Below, piece by piece: positions 57,338 to 64,000 of a stretch of DNA of 64,000 bases; the first letter of the stretch is position 1, and each line of letters opens with the position of its first letter. The position numbers were made by a program, and so were the translations under genes. Source of the stretch: a virus (taxonomy: Duplodnaviria > Caudoviricetes). The notes beneath the pieces were generated by a model. That model did not search any database, was not told where the DNA came from, and saw nothing but the letters and a program-made list of their open reading frames with translations. The stretch covers positions 11,627 through 75,626 of IMG/VR virus record IMGVR_UViG_2706795922_000001, one strand, 5' to 3'.

Positions 57338-57682
57338 TCACGCCTGCTCAGGCGTTTCCTCCCAGGAGTCCGCGATGGCCTGCGCCAGGTGCCGGAAGTA
57401 CGGCAACGGGTCCTGGTTGAGAAAATCCAGCCTGACCAGCGTGTTCTTGATTACCAACTGCTCCGCAGCAGACACAGACTTGGCCGCGAGCACGACGACG
57501 GGCATGGGCACCATGTGCGTAGACCAGAACTTGCCGGGCGTGTCGCAGGAGAACAGGTGGTCCTCCGGATCAATGCCCTTCTCGTCTAGGTAGGTGTCCA
57601 GCCAGTTTGCGAACGCGCCCATGATCACGCTCCCTTCGGGTAGGCGATACCGAACAGGGGCGGGTGCTTGGGGTTCCCGCAC
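57338..57682 (-). CDS. hypothetical protein
   Basis: 114 aa; NWLDTYLDEKGID..YFRHLAQAI. Confidence 0.6.
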   Translation of the reverse strand: MREPQAPAPVRYRLPEGSVIMGAFANWLDTYLDEKGIDPEDHLFSCDTPGKFWSTHMVPMPVVVLAAKSVSAAEQLVIKNTLVRLDFLNQDPLPYFRHLAQAIADSWEETPEQA

Positions 57683-57775
57683 TGGCAGGTACCCACGGTG
57701 GGTAGTCCTCCGGTGACGAGTGCGAGCACTGCGGTCACGAAGATTTCGTGCGCCTGGCGCTGCCAGTCCAACATG

Positions 57776-57961
57776 TCATGCTCCCTTCATTGCGGCATTG
57801 GCGAGTGACTTGAGGCCGACCTTGGATTTCGTGGGTGCGAGGCGCACCTTGGGCTGCGGGTGCGGCTCATTCGGGAATGAGTAGCTGATAGAGCCGTCCT
57901 CGGCCTGGTGCATCAATGTCAATCCCGTTGGGGAAACCCAGATGATCTTTCCTGCTGTCAT
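57776..57961 (-). CDS. hypothetical protein, probably leaderless
   Basis: ATG 6 nt downstream of the TTGACA-17-TACGTT promoter at 57968-57996. Confidence 0.5.
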   Translation of the reverse strand: MTAGKIIWVSPTGLTLMHQAEDGSISYSFPNEPHPQPKVRLAPTKSKVGLKSLANAAMKGA

Positions 57962-58248
57962 GGCAATAACGTACATGCCGTGACCGGCAGTGTCAACAGG
58001 CAGATTTCACGCGGTGACTGCTGCTCGGAATCTAAACGCAATTTCTCAATAGCGCAATGTCGGGGGCGCGCGCGGGGGTCGGGCGTCGTGCCTGGTCAGG
58101 GGCGCGCGGGCGGTCGGGAACCGAGCAGCACCCACGGCGGGCGGGCCGGATCGGGCTAAGGGGTAGGCTGACCTCGCTTAAGGCGCTAAGGGGTCGCTGG
58201 CCTGGGCCGGAACCGAGCAGCACACACCAAACGGGACGGAGTTAGCTA

Positions 58249-58704
58249 ATGGGCAGAGGTCGCGGCGGCGGGGGACGCGGCGGGGGAGCATCCCCTAATC
58301 CCCTAACGGACCCTAATCTTACGGCTGATCTTGTTAACGATAGGGCAGCGGTTGACGCGCAAGCGGACACGCCTAACGCGGAGCAAGCGGCAGAAAACTT
58401 AGGTTTGCAGGACGACGCTAAGGACGACTTTGTTAACGGCGCGGACGCAACCGGTAAGGACCTAAACAACAAAACTCCGGAGCAAGCATTAAGCGCACAC
58501 ACCGCGCGCGTTAAGGCTTACGAACGGAAATATGGGCGCTATGCGGCAAGGGCATACGCAAGCGGAGGTTATTGGTCGCTTATCCGCGCGATAAAGACTG
58601 CAATGGCTGTAAGCGCTACGGCTACTAGCGCTCCGGCAGCGCCAGCGCTGGCAGCGGTAAACGCGAGTCTCATAGCTGCTTACTGGTTGGGTAAGACCAA
58701 CTAG
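58249..58704 (+). CDS. hypothetical protein with MGRGRGGGGRGG N-terminus
   Basis: 151 aa; sole rightward gene in the leftward region; GGAG RBS. Confidence 0.6.
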   Translation: MGRGRGGGGRGGGASPNPLTDPNLTADLVNDRAAVDAQADTPNAEQAAENLGLQDDAKDDFVNGADATGKDLNNKTPEQALSAHTARVKAYERKYGRYAARAYASGGYWSLIRAIKTAMAVSATATSAPAAPALAAVNASLIAAYWLGKTN

Positions 58705-59183
58705 CGAAGCGCCCAGGAGCGCGGAGCGGATACGAGCAGCATGGTAGTGCCAACCGGTTACGCGGAGCGGAGCGCTAAGCGTGCTTAGGTCCCTTTAGCG
58801 CCCAGGAGCGCGGCCCAGGTTGCCGGAGCTGCTTGGTTTGTCACCTGGCAGCGCCCAGCGCGGCCCAGGAGTACAGCGCCCAGGAGCCACGCGCGTAAGC
58901 ACGCGTTAGGAGCGCCCAGGAGCGCCGTAGGGACACGCAAGCGGACACCGCACACAACGGAGCGCCCAGGAGCGCCAGCGCGGCCCAGGAGCGCGGCAGC
59001 GCCCAGGAGCCAACCGGCTAGCGGAGCGCCAGCGCGGCAGCGGCCCAGAAACGGCGCTGAGTGCCACGCTGAGCGACTAACGGCGCTTAGCCGGATAGAC
59101 GCGACGGGACCTAAGTGCCCAGGAGCCACACAGGAGCGCGGCCCAGGAGCACGCGCGCCAGGAGCGCCCAGGAGCACAAAGCA

Positions 59184-59217
59184 AGGGACCCGGCTAGCGC
59201 GGTGCTAACCGGGTCCT
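59184..59217 (-). terminator. conserved hairpin after leftward gene (copies at 60386-60424 and 62043-62080)
   Basis: GGGACCCGG..CCGGGTCC stem followed on the minus strand by CTTGCT(T/G)TG. Confidence 0.65.
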
Positions 59218-59235
59218 AAGTGCTGGCGCTGGGCG

Positions 59236-60063
59236 CTACTTGCGTAGCAATCCCAGCTTGTCGAGAACCTTACGCGTGCAACCTTCCGGGTCCCGGTTGT
59301 CGGTAAGGGAATCAATGTAAATAGCACCTTCCGGAAACTCTTCCATGTGAGTCGCGCCAGTAATGGCAGCGCCGTAGCTGCTAGGGCAACCGATAGCCTT
59401 AACCCAGCGCGCGGGCAAGTGATGCATGGTGTGAAACATGACTGACCGGAGGTAAGAATCGTGGGTAAGCGCGTACATAAACGCGGACACGTCGAATAGT
59501 CCTCCGGCAGTCTTAAGCCTTACAGCGGTGCGGCAAGTGACACCGCTAGCGCGCGTTTGGTCGTCAGTCCAAACTTCCACCTGAGCGCCAGTAGTAACGA
59601 TTGCTTGGATAAGCGCCACAATTGCGCGTCCGCGCCGTTCGATTGACTCGCTAGTGATGTAAGCGTTATGGGACACGCTGACCACAAGCGTAATGATTGG
59701 CCGAACCTGCTCCGTTTCTGCCAATTCGTAAGCCACCATGCACTCAGGTTCTCCGGACACGTAGCGGCCCATATCGACGTAAGCGCCAGCGGTGTCCATG
59801 TAGGTATCAAAGCTGACAGTCTTAAGCGGCATATCGTGCTGTGTGGCGCTTGCGAAGTCGATTGCAGCGAGTCCAGCGCTGGGCAGTCCCTTACGCGCAA
59901 TTTCGTAGGCGTGCTGCATATCGCGCGCGCCGTAGAAGCTGTGATTGCCGTATTCGCGCATTTCTTTTGACCGGTAGTCAGGACCGGCAGCGTTGTAGTC
60001 GATTAGCTCAGTCAGCGAGTCAAAGAACAGACTCGCATGGTTGCCGTTCTGGTTGGCGCGCAT
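59236..60063 (-). CDS. VWA-like MoxR partner protein, paralog 2
   Basis: directly downstream of the AAA+ gene; clear paralog of 55505-56365. Confidence 0.65.
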   Translation of the reverse strand: MRANQNGNHASLFFDSLTELIDYNAAGPDYRSKEMREYGNHSFYGARDMQHAYEIARKGLPSAGLAAIDFASATQHDMPLKTVSFDTYMDTAGAYVDMGRYVSGEPECMVAYELAETEQVRPIITLVVSVSHNAYITSESIERRGRAIVALIQAIVTTGAQVEVWTDDQTRASGVTCRTAVRLKTAGGLFDVSAFMYALTHDSYLRSVMFHTMHHLPARWVKAIGCPSSYGAAITGATHMEEFPEGAIYIDSLTDNRDPEGCTRKVLDKLGLLRK

Positions 60064-60103
60064 GGTGTCCTCCGTGGTGTGGTGTGGTGCGGTGCTGAGT
60101 GGC

Positions 60104-60132
60104 ACGTTACACGCCGTGACCGGAGCACGCAA
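60104..60132 (-). promoter_or_regulatory. member of a repeated promoter family (also 55075, 56821, 57968, 61700, 62889 minus; 25214, 63729 plus)
   Basis: TTG(A/C)NN-17/18 nt-TANNNT with CA(C/T)G(G/C)C(G/C/A)TG abutting the -10. Confidence 0.7.
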
Positions 60133-60441
60133 GCGGAATCGCTAACGGCGCTTAGGGACCCTTAGCGCCAGCGGCCCAGGAGCACGACGGAGCTGCTTGG
60201 TTTCACGCCTGGCAGCGCGGCCCAGGAGCGCGCTAACGCACACACGCCCAGGAGCGCGCCGTTAGCACGCCCAGGAGCGCCCAGGAGCGCCGTAGCGCGC
60301 TTAGGCACACACACGCCCAGGAGAACACGCGCTAGCGCCGTAGGAGCGCACACAGCGCCCAGGAGCGCGGCCCAGGAGCCACACAGCAAGGGACCCGGCT
60401 ACCTGAGCGGCAACCGGGTCCCTGTGCGGAGCGCTGAGCGC

Positions 60442-61644
60442 TTACGCGCTCACCTTCCCCCAAGCGGCATCATCCATGCCCTTGCGAAGCGTCCAAGCAA
60501 CGGCGTCGTCCCAATCGACACCTTGCGCCAGGAGCGCGGCCATGTTCTGCGAAGCGCGCGGAGACACGACAACTCCGGCGATTGCTTCGCGCTTGACATT
60601 GGCGCGGACACGCTGCACGTAAGCGACGGCGCGCTTAGTCACGTCAACCGGAGCACCTTCCGACATTGCCGCTTGCAATTCGATGTTTTCGTCAATGTCC
60701 CACCAAATTGCGACGAAACGGTCCTTAAATTCCGCGCTGAACTTCTGCGCTGCCGGGAACTCCCAAGTAGGACCGTCGCCCCAAGTGTTAGTAGCGGCAA
60801 CCATAACGTGCTTATCGGTCAGCTTGACCGTTTCACGGTTGGGGAAGGTAATCCACCGGTTGCTCAGGAGCGAATTAAGCGCCGCTTGAATACCCGCGTG
60901 GCTACGGTCCAATTCATCGTTAAGCAGGACACCGCCGTTAGGGTTAGTCGCCCAATCGTAAACAACGGTCCAAACAAACTCACCGGTAGCGGACATGTAA
61001 CCCTTAAGCTCCGAAGCGGTGCTTTGCAGGTGGTAGCCAATGCTGTAGAAGTCGATTCCCAGCGCTTCGGCAACCTGGGCGCAAACGTGAGTCTTACCGG
61101 TTCCCGGAGGACCCACAAGCTGCACGTTACGGCGCGCGGCAATTGCCTTAAGCAGCTTGTCAAAGTCCTTATGCGTAACTCCGTCAATTTCGCGCCGTTC
61201 GTTATCGGCAACCACAATCGTCCGCTCAGGCATAACCACACCTTCAATCACTTCGCGGGCAATGTCCTTAACCTGCTCAGCGTCAATCTGCGGAGTACCC
61301 AGAACCTTAAGCAGCAAGTCCCGGAGCGCTGCCATTTCGTCAGCGGTGCCAGCGCCGTTGTTCTCCTGGGCAGGAGCCGGGACAATCTCGGAATCGCTGC
61401 CGTTGTCCTGTGCAGGAGCCGGGACCTCCGTGCCGTTGTGCGTACCCGTTTGCTCCGTGCAGACGTGCAGGTAGCTCAGCGGAATCGACTCACCCTGTGC
61501 GACGTTCAGCGTGGCTTTGTTGGCGATAACGCGGTGCTCCGCGCCGTTCTGGTCGGTTGCCGCGTAGAACGGACCGGCATTGCCGCACTTCGGGCAAGCG
61601 GAGCGCATGGCGCGGATAGAAACCTTGGTAAGCGACTCGATCAT
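60442..61644 (-). CDS. MoxR/CbbQ-like AAA+ ATPase with N-terminal CxxC
   Basis: GPPGTGKT Walker A, LLNDELD Walker B, AATN, DRF, SPR; CPKC; CGGAGG RBS. Confidence 0.88.
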   Translation of the reverse strand: MIESLTKVSIRAMRSACPKCGNAGPFYAATDQNGAEHRVIANKATLNVAQGESIPLSYLHVCTEQTGTHNGTEVPAPAQDNGSDSEIVPAPAQENNGAGTADEMAALRDLLLKVLGTPQIDAEQVKDIAREVIEGVVMPERTIVVADNERREIDGVTHKDFDKLLKAIAARRNVQLVGPPGTGKTHVCAQVAEALGIDFYSIGYHLQSTASELKGYMSATGEFVWTVVYDWATNPNGGVLLNDELDRSHAGIQAALNSLLSNRWITFPNRETVKLTDKHVMVAATNTWGDGPTWEFPAAQKFSAEFKDRFVAIWWDIDENIELQAAMSEGAPVDVTKRAVAYVQRVRANVKREAIAGVVVSPRASQNMAALLAQGVDWDDAVAWTLRKGMDDAAWGKVSA

Positions 61645-62092
61645 TTCGGACCTCCGTGGTGTGTGCGCTGGTTGGGCGCTGCGGTGACTGACAGGAGCGA
61701 CGTTACACGCCGTGACCGGTAAGCGCAACACTAAGTTTCACGCCGTGACCGATAAGCACGCTGACCAGCGCGTTAGGAGCGCTTAGCGGTGTGTCGCTTA
61801 GCGCTGTAGCGGTGTCCCAGGAGCACGCGCGGCCCAGGAGCGGCCCAGCGCTGCCGGAGCTGCTTGGTTTCACGCCTGGCAGCACGCTTAGCGCGCTTAG
61901 CGCCCAGCGCCCAGGAGCACGACACCGCGCGCGGCCCAGGAGCGCCCAGGAGCGCCCAGGAGCCTTAAGGGACACGCTGACACGCGCTAGCACGCTAACG
62001 GCGCTTAGAACGGCGCTCAGCGCCCAGGAACACACGCACAAAGCAAGGGACCCGGCTAGCCGTAGCCAACCGGGTCCCTGTGTGCAGCGGTG

Positions 62093-62425
62093 CTAGTCGC
62101 TGTAGCGCTGGCAGTCGTCCGCGTAGACATTGCCGCTTGTGTCCTGCCACACCACACAGCGCACAACGTCAGCGCTAGCCGTAGCCGTAGGACCGTGCAG
62201 CGCCAGCGCTGCCAAACCAGCGCCCAGGAGCACGCACAGCGCCAGGAGCACAACGGAGCGCCGCGCTGTGTACCGGACACGCGTAACGGTCACACCTTCC
62301 GCGCGGAGCGACTGAACAAACGCGTTTGTCCCAGCGTCGATATCCTCCGGAGTAATGCCCTGTGCGTTAAGCGCGCTAACCAGCGCGTCAACGTCGAAAC
62401 TTTCACCTTCCGGCATAGCGAACAT
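62093..62425 (-). CDS. hypothetical membrane protein
   Basis: 110 aa, CGGAGG RBS, one TM helix. Confidence 0.55.
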   Translation of the reverse strand: MFAMPEGESFDVDALVSALNAQGITPEDIDAGTNAFVQSLRAEGVTVTRVRYTARRSVVLLALCVLLGAGLAALALHGPTATASADVVRCVVWQDTSGNVYADDCQRYSD

Positions 62426-62519
62426 ATTGGTTACCTCCGTGGTTGTGGTGTGGTTGCTTACCGTGCCGGATAGCGGAATCGGACCGCTACGAAGCGCGCC
62501 AGCGCTCCGGCTACCGTGC

Positions 62520-62843
62520 CTAGCGCGCGCTCAGCGCCCAATCGTGCATTTCTGCAATCTCGTCAGCGCTGTAATCCGTGTCCGCGCGGTGCTCCGCGTA
62601 GTCGTCCATGTATTCCGCGTGCATGTCTGCAATGTCCTGAGCAACCTGCTCCGCGCTATCCGTGAACATCTGCAAACCTTCAATTTCGTCGGTTTCTGCC
62701 CAACCGTAAGCGGTGCGGATATCCACCCAAACGACATAACCGACGCTTCGCAGAAACTTCGCGCGGTCCTCCGCTTCGCTGACCGTTGCGTAGCACTCAG
62801 TAGCGCCGACAACGTGAACGCGGGCCTGTGCCTGTGTGAGCAT
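62520..62843 (-). CDS. acidic hypothetical protein
   Basis: 107 aa, CGGAGG RBS, promoter upstream. Confidence 0.6.
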   Translation of the reverse strand: MLTQAQARVHVVGATECYATVSEAEDRAKFLRSVGYVVWVDIRTAYGWAETDEIEGLQMFTDSAEQVAQDIADMHAEYMDDYAEHRADTDYSADEIAEMHDWALSAR

Positions 62844-63990
62844 TTCGTTTACCTCCGTGGTGTGGTGTGTGTCGTGGTGACAGGAGCGAAGTTACACGCC
62901 GTGACCGATACACGCAACACACACGCGCGAAGCGCCCAGGAGCACGCACACAGGAGCGCACAGCGGAGCGTTAAGCGCTAAGCACGCTAAGCGCCGTTAA
63001 GGGCAGCGCCCAGGAGCACAACCAAGCAGCTTCGGCGGCGCGGCCCAGTAAGCACGCCCAGGAGCGCGCGCGATTGCCTAAGCACGCCTAAGCCACACAC
63101 CACACCGCACAGCGGCCCAGCACGCCCAGGAGCGACACCGCACAGGACGCCGCACACACATAGCGCCGTATATGCGCCCAGGAGCGCACACACACCGCAT
63201 AGGGACACACACAGCACGCATACACAGCACGCCCAGGAGCACGCACACACACACCACACACAGCGGCCCAGGAACACACCACACAGGGCAGCGCTACACA
63301 CACCACACACACGCACACACACAGCGCACAGGGCAGCGCCATACACACGCCCAGGAGCGCACAGGAGCCACGCACAGCGCTAAGCCATACACACGCATAC
63401 GTAAGCGCTCAGCGGAGCGCACACACGCACACAGCACGCCTAGCGATAGGGCAGCGCACAGCACGCGCGAATATGCCCAATCGGGTAAATGCGAATTGCC
63501 ATTAATGCCCATATGCCAATAGCGCCCATATGCGCCCAGGAGCCACACACCGCACATATGCGGGTAAGCGCTAAGGGCAGCGCTAAGCGCTAAGCACAGG
63601 AGCACACAGGGCAGCGGAGCGCACATAGCTAGGGCAGCGACTAAGCACGCCTAAGCCTTAGGCACAGGGACACGCTAAGCACGCCCCTAAGGGAACCGAC
63701 ACGCCGTAAGGACGACACGCCGTTAGGGTTGACAATGGGTTACACGCCCTGTACCATGCCCCCGCTTAGCGTCGAGCAAAGCCCCTTAGGTGTTTGCTGG
63801 CCTAAGCCTAACGCATTGTTACGAATCGCCGGCTCAGCATGGCCTCTGACCTGCGGAAACGCTAAGTTACTAAGCGGTAGGCGTGTGACTAAGCAGGCCG
63901 CTTAGAGTTAGCTAAGCGCTAGCAAAACGCCTCTGACCTGCGGTTTTACCCCCCTGGGGGGTGCGCTGGGGGGGTTAGCTGTGCCCCTCC

Positions 63991-64000
63991 TCGATCAGCC
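63991..64000. other. probable right genome end / 10-nt 3' cohesive overhang TCGATCAGCC
   Basis: window ends in this 10-mer, which I recall as the cluster L overhang; preceded by ~1 kb of non-coding DNA. Confidence 0.65.

Larger units (their letters stand above)
58711..63543. repeat. dispersed co-oriented GCCCAGGAGC repeats
   Basis: about 30 exact copies by manual count plus variants, almost all intergenic. Confidence 0.92.

Noticed and set aside
60424-61722. 432-aa plus-strand ORF
   Set aside because: Antisense shadow of the AAA+ ATPase; no recognisable motifs.
58711-63543. CRISPR array
   Set aside because: The repeat is only 10 nt, spacing is irregular, spacers are low complexity, and no cas operon is present.
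62987-63626. Cys/Val-rich or His/Thr-rich ORFs
   Set aside because: Translations of CA-rich low-complexity repeat DNA with no RBS.

Overview
The window is the right ~64 kb of a temperate siphoviral mycobacteriophage genome. The terminal 10-mer TCGATCAGCC, the gene order and the tRNA-Lys(TTT)-type attP match my recollection of cluster L phages; no database search was run. From left to right it carries: a 5'-truncated tape measure gene and minor tail genes; a lysis cassette; a leftward Lsr2/nucleotidyltransferase cassette; attP, a tyrosine integrase and the repressor/cro/excise switch; and a long rightward early region. That early region encodes a Ro60-like DUF2828 protein, recombination and replication genes, a Prs-like + Nampt-like NAD pair, Pnk, RNA ligase, ClpP and three WhiB proteins. 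Ten tRNA genes are present, and the repeat-rich leftward right end holds a MoxR AAA+ ATPase and two paralogous partner genes. The most notable signal is directly downstream of the Ro-like gene: a tandem array of three GTGGAC-N4-ACAGCAA...GTCCAGT RNA units with covarying stems. One unit carries a circularly permuted tRNA, another a free Ser(GCU) anticodon stem-loop, and a Gln(CUG) anticodon hairpin precedes the array, suggesting a tRNA-decoy ribonucleoprotein system. Other candidates are a ~360 nt structured RNA with a tRNA-like CCA domain, a double-pseudoknot RNA, and about 30 co-oriented GCCCAGGAGC repeats in modular cassettes at the genome end. All structures and family calls were made by eye.
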